A model generated the notes under the pieces. That model was given only the letters and a program-made list of their open reading frames with translations. It did not search any database and was not told where the DNA came from. A stretch of DNA of 64,000 nucleotides from Candidatus Saccharimonadota bacterium. Its GTDB lineage: Bacteria; Patescibacteriota; Saccharimonadia; Saccharimonadales; AWTP1-31. Positions 1-9,829 of the stretch are shown in pieces (position 1 is the first letter of the stretch; each line of letters starts with the position of its first letter). Made by a program: the position numbers and the translations under genes. The stretch is taken from assembly GCA_052034955.1 (NCBI GenBank), contig JBPOHZ010000003.1:659-64658 (forward strand), written 5' to 3'.

Positions 1-1
1 A

Positions 2-3000
2 GTAACAATCGACCCCGACGATTTCTACTGTGATGGCCAGCCTCACGCTTTTGCCTGGGGTAGCGCAAGATTATCAAAAGCAAGTTTGTATGATTTTCAG
101 AACTACAATGTTCGGGTCTATGATTCATTGGGTGGAAATTTACTAGGTTCTGGGGACATAAAAACCAATGGAATCGGTAAGCTAGATCTGAGCGATGAAG
201 CATTCCAGGGACAAGAGTCTTTATATATTGATGTTGACGCCAATGTTTGGAACAGTAGTCCGTGGGCCAATAGTGGGCGGCCATACTCGCGCGTTCAAGC
301 TGATGCCGCCGACGTCCAGTATTGTTATCAAACCAGAGCCAAAACATACGCCGAAGATATCGCCTGCGATGCGACAAGTTTGGTGACTGGCTCGGATGCC
401 GTTTTTGTATCGGATGAAAATACTTATACAAAAGAAAAAGAATCTTCAGTACCGTATATCCAGTTGCCTGCCAAGCAATGTTTTAAAGATCTAGAAGTTA
501 GCGTCACTAGTGATAAATCCAAAATAAATAACGGCGACCAAGTTGTCTATACCATAGCGGTTGGCAATAAGGCTAACAAAGATACTCACAACAGGGGGGA
601 CGTTGGTGGGTTGCACAATCCAAAGAGCGCCGTGATCGAAGCCACAATACCTAGTGGTATGCAGTTTGTGTCCGCTTCGGGTGGTGGGACGCTGTCCGAA
701 GATGAGACAAAGGTGGTTTGGCAAAATCAGGCTATATTGGCGGCCGAAACCGAACAACGAACTGTGACACTTAGAGCTCCGGGTCCTACGGCCCGAGGTA
801 TTAACAAAAAGCCGGTAGCTACTCTTGCAGCTAGCCAGGAAACTTCTTTGAACATGGTAGCTAGCGCTATATATGACGACGATGTTGACCAGTCAAATAA
901 CAGCTCTCAGAATAGCCAAGTAACCTTCGAGAATAATTTACCACCCGTTCTAGGAGAGCTTACTCAAAGCACTACTTCACCTCGTGACCCCGCCACGCTA
1001 ACCTTCACTATTACGGCAACCGACGAGAATAATTTGAGTGACATAGTGCTACTTAGTAACAATGATATTCTGGGCTCTTTGCAGCCTACGGCCAACCAGG
1101 ACGAGTATCAGATCAGCATCAATAATGTCGATGAGGGAAGTTATGACTTTAGTGTACGTGCTACCGACGATGGCACTCCTAACTTGTCGACAACTAGCAA
1201 TGTAGTTAGCTTGTATGTTGCGGCAGCAAACACTGCTCCTGGTATTTCTAACTTGACCCAAACTATCTCATCTCCAAGATACCCTTCGGTGCTTACGTTC
1301 ACCGCTAATGTTGCCGATGATAATTCGGTTGGAGTGGTAGAGCTTCGCGAGAATGGCCAGAAGGTGGCCGATTTTACCGAGACAAGTACACCGGGTAGAT
1401 ACCAAGCAACGGTCTCTGGATATAGTCCTGGAGATTACGATTTTACGGTCTACGCCGAAGATCAAGATTCGCCTAAGCTGACAACTACATCCTCGCCACT
1501 CCGGGTAACAATGTTGCCAAACCTGGGACCTCAGATTACTGGTTTAACTCAATTAAATTCTGGTCTGGAATCACCGGCTAGTCTTAGGTTTAGGGCTACG
1601 GTTACAGATACCGATGGCCTGGCCTCTGTGACATTAAGACAGGGTGGCAATAATGTTGGGACAATGACGCCCACCGGGACAGCAAATCAATTTGGAATAA
1701 CTCTTAATAACTACACGTCGGGTACATATGAATTTACAGTTCGCGCTACAGACTCTGTATCTCCAGCTGCTACCACGGACTCCTCGCCCTTACAGGTTGT
1801 AGTGGCACCCAATACACCACCTTCGGTTAGCGATTTAACCCAGACCACAAGTAGTCCTCGAGCCCCAGCTACCTTGTCCTTTAACGTCAGTGCCTCAGAT
1901 AGTAACGGTCTTACATCGGTAAAACTTTACAGTGGCCAGACTTTAATAGGTACTATGAATCCAACGTCAACGGCAAACAAGTATTCACTCAGCGTTGCCA
2001 ATTATGCCGCTGGAACGTATAGCTTTAGTGTAATAGCTCAGGACGCCAATGACCCGGCTGCTAGTACTCAGTCTGATTCAATCTCGGTGACAGTCGACGC
2101 GCCGATTGTTATCCCCGACCCCGACCCGTTGCCCGCCAATAAAGAACCTGTTATTTCGGACTTCAAACAAACTACCGACAATCCGGTGGAGCCTGGAAAA
2201 CTCAACTTCGTAGCTAAGATTACCGACGATTCGGTGGTAGCCAGTGTTGAGCTGCTTGTCGATAACGAACTAGTAGGTGTAATGTCGGCTACTACCGAAC
2301 AGAATCAGTATTCGTTAACCCTAAACGATTACAAAGCTGGGAAGTATAAGTTTAAGATCCGAACCCAAGATAATGGTAGTCCAGTGTATACAGTAGAATC
2401 CGAGACTTTGGAGGTTACGGTCGGTGAGAAGCCTATTCTGGCGGCGCCCGCCGGCACAGATCAGCCGGTCGAAGGTCAGGGTAGTACGCAGAGGTATACA
2501 CCGTTGGCTATAAGGAAGGCAATACCTTCTGTCCTGGAGGCGGCGGTAGAAAAGGTCTTCCAGACGGCAGATAGTGTTGTTAAGCCGATATCACCCCAAA
2601 CAGCAAAAGTATTGCCGTATACAACGATCTTTAGCCTTGGTGGATTCGCTGTATTCTACTTGGTGCTGGCCCTAAGACAGGGACGTAGCCGACTAAGGCT
2701 AAGGCAGACTATCAAGAGGTTCCAGCAGACGGAAGCCAGTAGAAAACAGTATATCGACTTAATATCGCACTATATAAATACACCAATTACGACTATGCAA
2801 TCAGCCCTCGAGTTGCTAGTTTCTAAAAAGTCACTCGGCGAATCGGTAGTTACAGCAACTCAAAGACGCATAACACGCCTAAAAGAGCATGCCAGCGCTC
2901 TGCTCGACACCTCGACTTCTGTAACCGAACAGTCATCTCGAACCGCCTTGTCTATAGATGCCGCCGGCAAAACTAACTTCTTAAAGAGTGCTGGCTTCAT

Positions 3001-3868
3001 AGCACCAGTACTAGGGGTGATGGTGGCTGCGGTGATGATGAACTTATTATTTGTCTGGTCTAAGAAATACGGCAATAACTTTGCGAACTTTGCCGCCCAA
3101 ATATCCTTATATGCCTTTGGGGCAGTCGGTCTAGCATTGTCTTATTCACTTATGCGACGAGAAGAGATTGCTACTGGTCTTGTTAACCAAGAACTAAGCC
3201 TAGAAAAATCAATTGCTGCCTCGCAGACTAACTTTATCCAATCCAGTGGCGGTCAGTTGGCCGAAGACGTGACGCTTATTCAGTCATCAGTTGCCGCAAT
3301 GAAAGACATACCGGAAGGTCGCCTTTTTGCAAATGGCTTAACTTCACTAGAAAAAGTCGTAAGTAAGTTCTCCTATCTAGACAAGTTGCTCAACACCACA
3401 AACGTCTCCGATGAGCCGATCTCACTTGATATCTCTCTGCAAAGTATCCTCGGTACTTACAAAGAAGCTGCCACGGCTAAGAACATTGATCTGATTGTCC
3501 ACGCCGACAGCGGTCTAGCGGCATGCATTGATGAAGCGGGCTTCCGACAACTCGTGGGCTCGTTACTAGATAATGCCATTAAGTTTACTCCAGAAGGTGG
3601 CGAAGCCAGCTTATCAATCACCAAAAGCAGAAACAACATCACTATTAAGGTAAAAGATAATGGTGTTGGTATTGATCCCACCAGGGCCCAAAAACTTTTC
3701 CAGCCTTTCACAAGAGGGACAGACACAAAAACATTTGATTATGACGGTCTAGGACTAGATCTATATATGGACAGATTGATTGTCGATAGATGGAACGGAA
3801 CAATCAAAGTTTCGTCCAAGGAAAAAGCCGGAACACTAGTGACTGCAACCCTTAGAACCAGCAAGTAA
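2..3868 (+). CDS. Giant ectodomain sensor histidine kinase, 5'-partial (DUF11-like region, five tandem ~100-aa Ig-like repeats, 3 TM helices, HATPase_c)
   Basis: The frame is open from nt 2 with no stop, so the TTG at 86 in the ORF track is not a credible start and the gene runs off the left edge. Tandem repeats span nt 932-2434. TM helices lie at about 2611-2680, 2995-3060 and 3090-3155. ATPase motifs are the N-box LLDNAIKFTPEGG, G1 VKDNGVGI and G2 GLGLDL. Confidence 0.8.
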   Translation, partial: VTIDPDDFYCDGQPHAFAWGSARLSKASLYDFQNYNVRVYDSLGGNLLGSGDIKTNGIGKLDLSDEAFQGQESLYIDVDANVWNSSPWANSGRPYSRVQADAADVQYCYQTRAKTYAEDIACDATSLVTGSDAVFVSDENTYTKEKESSVPYIQLPAKQCFKDLEVSVTSDKSKINNGDQVVYTIAVGNKANKDTHNRGDVGGLHNPKSAVIEATIPSGMQFVSASGGGTLSEDETKVVWQNQAILAAETEQRTVTLRAPGPTARGINKKPVATLAASQETSLNMVASAIYDDDVDQSNNSSQNSQVTFENNLPPVLGELTQSTTSPRDPATLTFTITATDENNLSDIVLLSNNDILGSLQPTANQDEYQISINNVDEGSYDFSVRATDDGTPNLSTTSNVVSLYVAAANTAPGISNLTQTISSPRYPSVLTFTANVADDNSVGVVELRENGQKVADFTETSTPGRYQATVSGYSPGDYDFTVYAEDQDSPKLTTTSSPLRVTMLPNLGPQITGLTQLNSGLESPASLRFRATVTDTDGLASVTLRQGGNNVGTMTPTGTANQFGITLNNYTSGTYEFTVRATDSVSPAATTDSSPLQVVVAPNTPPSVSDLTQTTSSPRAPATLSFNVSASDSNGLTSVKLYSGQTLIGTMNPTSTANKYSLSVANYAAGTYSFSVIAQDANDPAASTQSDSISVTVDAPIVIPDPDPLPANKEPVISDFKQTTDNPVEPGKLNFVAKITDDSVVASVELLVDNELVGVMSATTEQNQYSLTLNDYKAGKYKFKIRTQDNGSPVYTVESETLEVTVGEKPILAAPAGTDQPVEGQGSTQRYTPLAIRKAIPSVLEAAVEKVFQTADSVVKPISPQTAKVLPYTTIFSLGGFAVFYLVLALRQGRSRLRLRQTIKRFQQTEASRKQYIDLISHYINTPITTMQSALELLVSKKSLGESVVTATQRRITRLKEHASALLDTSTSVTEQSSRTALSIDAAGKTNFLKSAGFIAPVLGVMVAAVMMNLLFVWSKKYGNNFANFAAQISLYAFGAVGLALSYSLMRREEIATGLVNQELSLEKSIAASQTNFIQSSGGQLAEDVTLIQSSVAAMKDIPEGRLFANGLTSLEKVVSKFSYLDKLLNTTNVSDEPISLDISLQSILGTYKEAATAKNIDLIVHADSGLAACIDEAGFRQLVGSLLDNAIKFTPEGGEASLSITKSRNNITIKVKDNGVGIDPTRAQKLFQPFTRGTDTKTFDYDGLGLDLYMDRLIVDRWNGTIKVSSKEKAGTLVTATLRTSK

Positions 3869-3918
3869 ATAATAACTCCTATAGACCCTGACTAAGATCG
3901 TCAGTATAATGGTGGGAC

Positions 3919-5778
3919 ATGGATAAAAAACCTTTCAACCCCAAGAAGATGCCAGGTGGAGGCAAGAAGGCAGGCATGAAGAATGCTGGCTTTATTGCAA
4001 TATTAATATTATTTGGTCTAGTTATATACGCTTCGACGAATCAGAGCAGCCCACTAAAGGAGGTTGCTTTTTCGGAAGTTATTTCCAGGGCTAACAAGGG
4101 CGAGATCAAGAAGATAGAGATAAAAGGTAACAATCTGGAGGTTACTAAAAAGGGCGAGGATAAGCCAACCGAAAAGTCCTATAAAGAAGCCGGCAGCAGT
4201 ATTTATGAGCAAGGACTACAGAACCGAGATGTACTGGTTGACCCCAAGCCTGAATCAGCCAGCAATGGTTTTTGGCTTAGCTTGGCTAGCGGAATTATTC
4301 CGGTTATACTAATCAGCGCCGTATTATTCTTTATGCTTCGCAGCGCACAGGGCCAGGGTAACCAGGCCATGAGTTTTGGTAAAAGTAAGGCCAGATTGTA
4401 CGGAAACGAAAAAGACAAAGTCACCTTTAAGGACATTGCCGGAAGCGATGAGGCTAAAGTTGACCTGGCCGAGGTTGTCGAGTTCCTAAAGTTCCCAAAG
4501 AAGTTCGAATCAGTTGGCGCCAAGATTCCTAAGGGCGTATTGCTAGTAGGCCCTCCCGGTACCGGAAAAACCATGTTGGCGCGAGCTGTTGCTGGAGAGG
4601 CTAATGCTCCCTTCTTTAGTATCTCTGGTTCAGAATTCGTCGAGATGTTTGTTGGTGTTGGTGCTAGCCGAGTTCGTGACTTGTTCGCCAAAGCTAAAAA
4701 GAACGCGCCATGTATTATCTTCATCGACGAAATTGACGCTGTTGGACGTAAGCGTGGTAGCGGTATGGGCGGTGGACATGATGAGCGCGAACAGACGCTT
4801 AACCAGATTTTGGTCGAGATGGACGGCTTCGAACAGGGAACCAATGTTATCGTCTTAGCCGCAACCAACCGTGCCGATGTATTAGATTCTGCCTTGCAAC
4901 GTCCCGGACGTTTCGATCGTAAGGTAAACATTGATTTACCAGACCGTAAAGACCGAGAAGCCATTCTAAAGATTCACTTTGCCAAGAAACCATTAGCCAA
5001 GAATGTAGATCTGTCGGCGTTAGCCGGTAAGTCTGCCGGTTCATCTGGTGCCGACCTAAGCAACATTGCAAACGAAGCAGCTATTGTAGCCGCCCGACAC
5101 AACCGCAAAGAAATTATCCAGGAAGACGTTACTGCTGCTTTCGAAAAAGTAGCTATCGGCCCCGAGCGCAAGAGTAAGGTTATGAGTGAGCACGAAAAAG
5201 AAATGACTGCTTACCACGAAGCCGGACATGCCATTGTTGGTCATGTTCTTCCACATAGCGACATGGTGCACAAGGTGACCATTATTCCTCGGGGTGGAAC
5301 GGGCGGAGTCACTTGGTTCTTTCCGCCAGAAGACAAAAGCTATCACTCTATCCTAGAGTATAAAGATATATTGGCTAGAATGCTCGGCGGACGTATTGCC
5401 GAAGAGGTAGTCTATGGTCGCGAGAACGTTACAACTGGCGCCGGCAATGACCTCCAAAAAGCGGCCGAGTTGGCTCGTGATATGATCATAAATCAGGGCA
5501 TGGGATCCAAACTACAGGACCAGGTCTTCCATGTTGACGAAGGCATGATGATGGACCGAATGATGCAAGAACGTCACTATTCGGACGAAACCGCCAAGGT
5601 TATAGACGACGAAGTCGAGGCCCTAATCACCGAAGCAGCAAGACGGGCAAGGGAAGTAATTAAGTCCAACCGGCCAAAATTAGATGAGCTAAAAGATCGA
5701 CTACTCAAAAAAGAAACTGTCGAAGCCGAAGAGGTCCTAGAAGTCTTAGAGGGCTCCATCTTGCCTTCTAAAATCTAG
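3919..5778 (+). CDS. ftsH: ATP-dependent zinc metalloprotease FtsH
   Basis: Two N-terminal TM helices, Walker A GPPGTGKT, Walker [12 protein letters not shown] region [18 protein letters not shown] and the zinc site HEAGH. The 619-aa length is typical. Confidence 0.97.
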   Translation: MDKKPFNPKKMPGGGKKAGMKNAGFIAILILFGLVIYASTNQSSPLKEVAFSEVISRANKGEIKKIEIKGNNLEVTKKGEDKPTEKSYKEAGSSIYEQGLQNRDVLVDPKPESASNGFWLSLASGIIPVILISAVLFFMLRSAQGQGNQAMSFGKSKARLYGNEKDKVTFKDIAGSDEAKVDLAEVVEFLKFPKKFESVGAKIPKGVLLVGPPGTGKTMLARAVAGEANAPFFSISGSEFVEMFVGVGASRVRDLFAKAKKNAPCIIFIDEIDAVGRKRGSGMGGGHDEREQTLNQILVEMDGFEQGTNVIVLAATNRADVLDSALQRPGRFDRKVNIDLPDRKDREAILKIHFAKKPLAKNVDLSALAGKSAGSSGADLSNIANEAAIVAARHNRKEIIQEDVTAAFEKVAIGPERKSKVMSEHEKEMTAYHEAGHAIVGHVLPHSDMVHKVTIIPRGGTGGVTWFFPPEDKSYHSILEYKDILARMLGGRIAEEVVYGRENVTTGAGNDLQKAAELARDMIINQGMGSKLQDQVFHVDEGMMMDRMMQERHYSDETAKVIDDEVEALITEAARRAREVIKSNRPKLDELKDRLLKKETVEAEEVLEVLEGSILPSKI

Positions 5779-5817
5779 ACAGCCGACTGTTTCTTATCTT
5801 GGATAACCCCTACGCTT

Positions 5818-7677
5818 ATGGTTAAATATAAGCATATGATTCCAATTCAGAAACTTGTTAAGAATAAGTTTGTTATTGTCATGGCCTCCTTTGCCGGGCT
5901 CTGTATATTACTCCTTAGTCCAGCCAAAGTGGATGCCGCAACACTTAGTGTAAGTAGTGGGTGTACTCTGTCGGAGTCAATCACAGCTGTTAACAGCGGC
6001 GCAGATGCAGATGGCTGTGTGAAGACTGGTGCGGTCTATGGAACTAACGATACGATCAATATACCAGCAGGTACTATAGCCAGTAGCGACGACCTTCCAA
6101 ATATAACCAAATCGGTTGTAATTGATGGCGCTGGCATAGACCAGACTACTGTCGACATGAACCAGAACGTAGGCTTTGAAGCAATAATCTCAAGTAACAA
6201 AAACACCCACAATCTTACTATTAAAAACCTGGCAATTGTCGATGCCGACACCTTGGCAATTAATGTCGATAGTATACTTACACTTCGCCTAGAAAATATC
6301 GAAGTATCTCAATCCGATAGAGCCATCAGAATCCAGACAACCCAGAACGTAGTTATTAGAAACATTGATGTTCATAACAACCAGGGCGGTACAAGCAGTG
6401 AAAGTGTCGGTGTTATTACCGACCTCGGTACTGCTATTGCTGACAGTACTCCAAATATGGATATTGACGGGGCAAAAATATACGGAAATAGCGGAAATAG
6501 CGTCGGCATTTATGTTTCTCCAAGTTCGTTTAGGGCAGAGAGTAATGACCAGGATCTGCTCGATGACGCTATAGTAAAAATACATAATAGCGTTGTACGA
6601 AACAACCAGGCTCGTTCGTCGGCTGGAATTCTTATTCTTCAAAGCGGTGGTCCTATCTCTCCTACGGCGGTTGATTTGAGCGTTGAGTCGACCACTGTTT
6701 CTAATAATACAGTGGTAGTTACTGACCCCCAAGTGGTGACCGGGTCACAATATCTACCAGTTTTATCAGGATTTATGGTCGCTGGTGTCCTAAAATCGAC
6801 TCAGCACTTCAAGAATGTAACCGTTGCCTACAACACAGTTAATAACCCGGCTCCCGATAATCGGAATTCTGTAGCTGGTTTTCTTGGTTCTCTGGGTGTC
6901 ACTGGAAGCGTGCTGGATATTATTAACACTTCAGTGGTAGCAAATACTGTCACTCAGCCGGCATCAAACATTTCATTGCCAGCGTTCTTTGCTACGAAGA
7001 TCGGACTAGACGACACTTATCAACCCAATGCCGCCGAAGCTGGTTCCACCGCTACCAATGTCTTGGTGTCCCAGAACAAATTCAATGGCCAACCCTATAG
7101 CTGTGCAAATAACATCGATACGTCTTTGTTCCTCGGTATAGATGAAGTTATCGACCTGACCCCTACTAATTTAGGCCACAATATGAGTGACGATAAAAAC
7201 TGTACCGGGTATGCATATGAGACCGGTCTATATAAAACTCTAGAACACCAGGTTAAGGATAACGGTGGTCCGGTGCCCACTATAAAATTACTACCGGGGT
7301 CTCCTGCAATTAATGGAGGTGGTAAAGTTCTTGGCATTAGTACCGATGCCAGAGGCGTGAAGCGAAGTGGCTATTACAGTGTCGGTGCTTACCAGGGCGT
7401 ACTCCTAGCTTCCTCGACTGACAAGGAAGACGGAAGTCTGGCTAAAACCGGAGTTGCTATCGTTTCGTCAGTAGTCTTGGGCGGAATATTACTGCTAGCC
7501 ATGACCTATACTTACATAGATTATCGTCGTCACCGAAAACCTCTGGTCGAGGCCGACCCTTACGCTCGCCAAACATATACCTATCAACACCACATTAGAA
7601 CCGTTACTATACCGCTTCTTCGATATAGAGTGCATATTTCTTTCAGCCCTAGGCCAAAGGGTCTATCCAAGTTCTAG
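5818..7677 (+). CDS. Secreted right-handed beta-helix surface protein (choice-of-anchor-Q-like) with an LPXTG-like LAKTG motif and C-terminal TM
   Basis: Signal peptide ...LLLSPAKVDA. Repetitive N/S/T/V-rich beta-helix-like turns. A GGPVPTIKLLPGSPAINGG motif. LAKTG (nt 7438-7452) is followed by a hydrophobic helix and RRHRK. Confidence 0.7.
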   Translation: MVKYKHMIPIQKLVKNKFVIVMASFAGLCILLLSPAKVDAATLSVSSGCTLSESITAVNSGADADGCVKTGAVYGTNDTINIPAGTIASSDDLPNITKSVVIDGAGIDQTTVDMNQNVGFEAIISSNKNTHNLTIKNLAIVDADTLAINVDSILTLRLENIEVSQSDRAIRIQTTQNVVIRNIDVHNNQGGTSSESVGVITDLGTAIADSTPNMDIDGAKIYGNSGNSVGIYVSPSSFRAESNDQDLLDDAIVKIHNSVVRNNQARSSAGILILQSGGPISPTAVDLSVESTTVSNNTVVVTDPQVVTGSQYLPVLSGFMVAGVLKSTQHFKNVTVAYNTVNNPAPDNRNSVAGFLGSLGVTGSVLDIINTSVVANTVTQPASNISLPAFFATKIGLDDTYQPNAAEAGSTATNVLVSQNKFNGQPYSCANNIDTSLFLGIDEVIDLTPTNLGHNMSDDKNCTGYAYETGLYKTLEHQVKDNGGPVPTIKLLPGSPAINGGGKVLGISTDARGVKRSGYYSVGAYQGVLLASSTDKEDGSLAKTGVAIVSSVVLGGILLLAMTYTYIDYRRHRKPLVEADPYARQTYTYQHHIRTVTIPLLRYRVHISFSPRPKGLSKF

Positions 7678-7774
7678 GTAACTTAGATAAAAAAGGTTGT
7701 TTGATGGTCATTGATCGGCGATACTAGTTATATGCTTAAAACACAAAAACTAATTAACAATATAGGCTAGCACT

Positions 7775-9370
7775 GTGAAGCGTCTCATCCGACGGGCAAA
7801 TACCCGAATATCAATTGGTAATGCAGCAGTTTTGCTAGTAATTACTTCTTTGATTGGCCAAGTCCTAGGATTTTTGCGGGTTAAACTAATTAACGGTAAC
7901 TTCCCGGCGGTTGGCCCAGGGAGCACGGACGCCTATTTTGCAGCCTTCAAAATCCCTGATTTCTTCTTCTTTACGATTGCGGCTGGCGCATTAGGTGTGG
8001 CATTTATGCCTATCTTAGCCGAGAAACTCCACAAGAACGGTAAGAAAGGAGCATGGGAGCTAACATCAAGCCTTCTTAATTTGTTGGCAATAATTATGCT
8101 ATTTGTCGGTGTATTTATCTTTATCTTTGCAGGGCCATTGATCAAACTGATGGCTCCAGACATAGAGCCAGAACAACTTCATAACGCCACCATGATTATG
8201 AAGTTCATTGCCTTCAATCCCCTACTTTTCACTATTAGCGGCATATTAATAAGTGCCCAGCAGACATTTGGCCGCTTCTTCTTCTTTGCAATAGCACCAC
8301 TGATCTATAACATAACAATAATTATCAGTATCTTTGTGTTTAAAGGGAATCTAGGGTTAATTGGACTTGGAGCTGGGGCATTCATTGGCGCTGTATTGCA
8401 GCTTCTGATTGCCGTGCTTGGTCTGGTGGGGCTCGGTTTTGAGCACACCAAAAAGATTGATCTTTCGATGCCCGATCTCCGTCGAGTTCTTCGCCAGCTA
8501 CCACCGCGATCTATCGATCAAGGCATTATGTCGATTAACAGTATTATCAATACAAGGTTCGCGCAGCGTTTGGGAACAGGACAAATCAGTTTTTACGAAA
8601 ATGCCTACACCCTACACACGGCACCTACTTTATTGATTGGAACAGCTATCTCAACTGCAGTTTTTCCGCAGTTTAACAGATCAGTCGCGGCAGGTCGTAT
8701 GAATGAGTTCCGAAATGAATTCCTGCAAGTGCTTAGGATAATGATCTGGATAACCACTCCAGTGGTAGTGGTTTGCTACTTTGGTAGAGGCTATCTGGCG
8801 CGTATGATTTTTAGCCGAGACGCACGCGAAATTGCCGTAATCTTTGGGTTTATGACCGGGGCTATATTCTTCCGTACTCTATACACGATTGTTTCACGTT
8901 ACTTTTATGCTCAAAAAGATACCTGGACACCACTTATTGATTCTTTGTTTGCTATCGGCCTCAACATTATCTTTGTTATGCATCTAGCTAAGGCAGAGAA
9001 CTACGGTATCACCGGAATTGCATTAACAGAATCGCTGGTGGCTGGCTGTCAGCTTCTGATATTGACCACCATTATGCTCATACGAGATCCCAAACTTTTT
9101 GATATGAAATTCTTTGGTGGAGTTGGACGGATCATTAGTATCACCGGTTTTACTGTGGTAGCAACCTTTGTAATGGTAAGTCTATTCCCGCTAAATATCT
9201 CGGATACAGGCTTTATAACTTTAGGCTTTAAGCTGGCAATGATATCTAGCGTAGCCTTTGGCGTTCACCTTGGTTTATCATCGCTTTTTGGCCTAGAAGA
9301 AGCCGAGCCAATAGTAAAGAAACTGAAGTCTATAGGCCAGGCTCTGATTAAGCCGGTTCGCATCCAATAG
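7775..9370 (+). CDS. murJ: Lipid II flippase MurJ/MviN
   Basis: GTG start. About 14 predicted TM helices. N-terminal LIGQVLGFLRVKLI...DAYFAAFKIPDFFF is typical of MurJ. Length 531 aa. Confidence 0.85.
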   Translation: MKRLIRRANTRISIGNAAVLLVITSLIGQVLGFLRVKLINGNFPAVGPGSTDAYFAAFKIPDFFFFTIAAGALGVAFMPILAEKLHKNGKKGAWELTSSLLNLLAIIMLFVGVFIFIFAGPLIKLMAPDIEPEQLHNATMIMKFIAFNPLLFTISGILISAQQTFGRFFFFAIAPLIYNITIIISIFVFKGNLGLIGLGAGAFIGAVLQLLIAVLGLVGLGFEHTKKIDLSMPDLRRVLRQLPPRSIDQGIMSINSIINTRFAQRLGTGQISFYENAYTLHTAPTLLIGTAISTAVFPQFNRSVAAGRMNEFRNEFLQVLRIMIWITTPVVVVCYFGRGYLARMIFSRDAREIAVIFGFMTGAIFFRTLYTIVSRYFYAQKDTWTPLIDSLFAIGLNIIFVMHLAKAENYGITGIALTESLVAGCQLLILTTIMLIRDPKLFDMKFFGGVGRIISITGFTVVATFVMVSLFPLNISDTGFITLGFKLAMISSVAFGVHLGLSSLFGLEEAEPIVKKLKSIGQALIKPVRIQ

Positions 9371-9385
9371 CAAGGAGAATAATAA

Positions 9386-9805
9386 ATGATCATGTGGATA
9401 GTATATTCCTTAGTAGCAGCATTCTTCTTCGGGTGTCTGACATTAGTAATTACTTACTTAGCCAAGAGTGGCATGGGGTCATTAAGTATAAACACAGTAT
9501 TTTGGTTATCAACAGGACTATTGTTTTTGGTCGCCAGTCTAGTTAGTCGGACAAAGATAAAACTTCCCGCAGATAAGATTAAATGGTTTGTGCTCCTTGC
9601 CGTGTTAGCTTTTATTGCAAACTTCTTTTCAGTAAAAGCATTCCAGACTGGGCCAAATTCTGGAATTGTAAGATCAGTACAAATGGCTCAAATTGCTGTT
9701 GCCGCAGTTGGCGCATATTTCTTTTTTAACACAGCATTTGGTTATAAGCAGGGAATTGGAATGACATTGATTGTAGCAGGGATCATTTTAATAGCCAACA
9801 AATAG
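9386..9805 (+). CDS. Small EamA/DMT-like membrane protein (4-5 TM)
   Basis: A 139-aa all-helical hydrophobic protein. The SD AAGGAG lies 8 nt upstream of the ATG. Its EamA-like half-transporter size and pattern are judged by eye. Confidence 0.6.
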   Translation: MIMWIVYSLVAAFFFGCLTLVITYLAKSGMGSLSINTVFWLSTGLLFLVASLVSRTKIKLPADKIKWFVLLAVLAFIANFFSVKAFQTGPNSGIVRSVQMAQIAVAAVGAYFFFNTAFGYKQGIGMTLIVAGIILIANK

Positions 9806-9829
9806 CCCCACCTCTGTTATAATAGCTTG

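Noticed and set aside
4203-4964. Long antisense ORFs nested inside well-supported genes. Examples are 4203-4964 inside ftsH, 6289-6732, 14125-14457, 14522-14869, 24028-24474, 25539-25892, 27621-28007 and 29351-29800 opposite dnaJ, plus the many 60-100-aa shadows inside the giant genes.
   Set aside because: They lie opposite genes with unambiguous conserved motifs. They have low-complexity, Ser/Pro/Arg-rich or otherwise implausible sequences, and no start signals or recognisable motifs. They are typical shadow ORFs.
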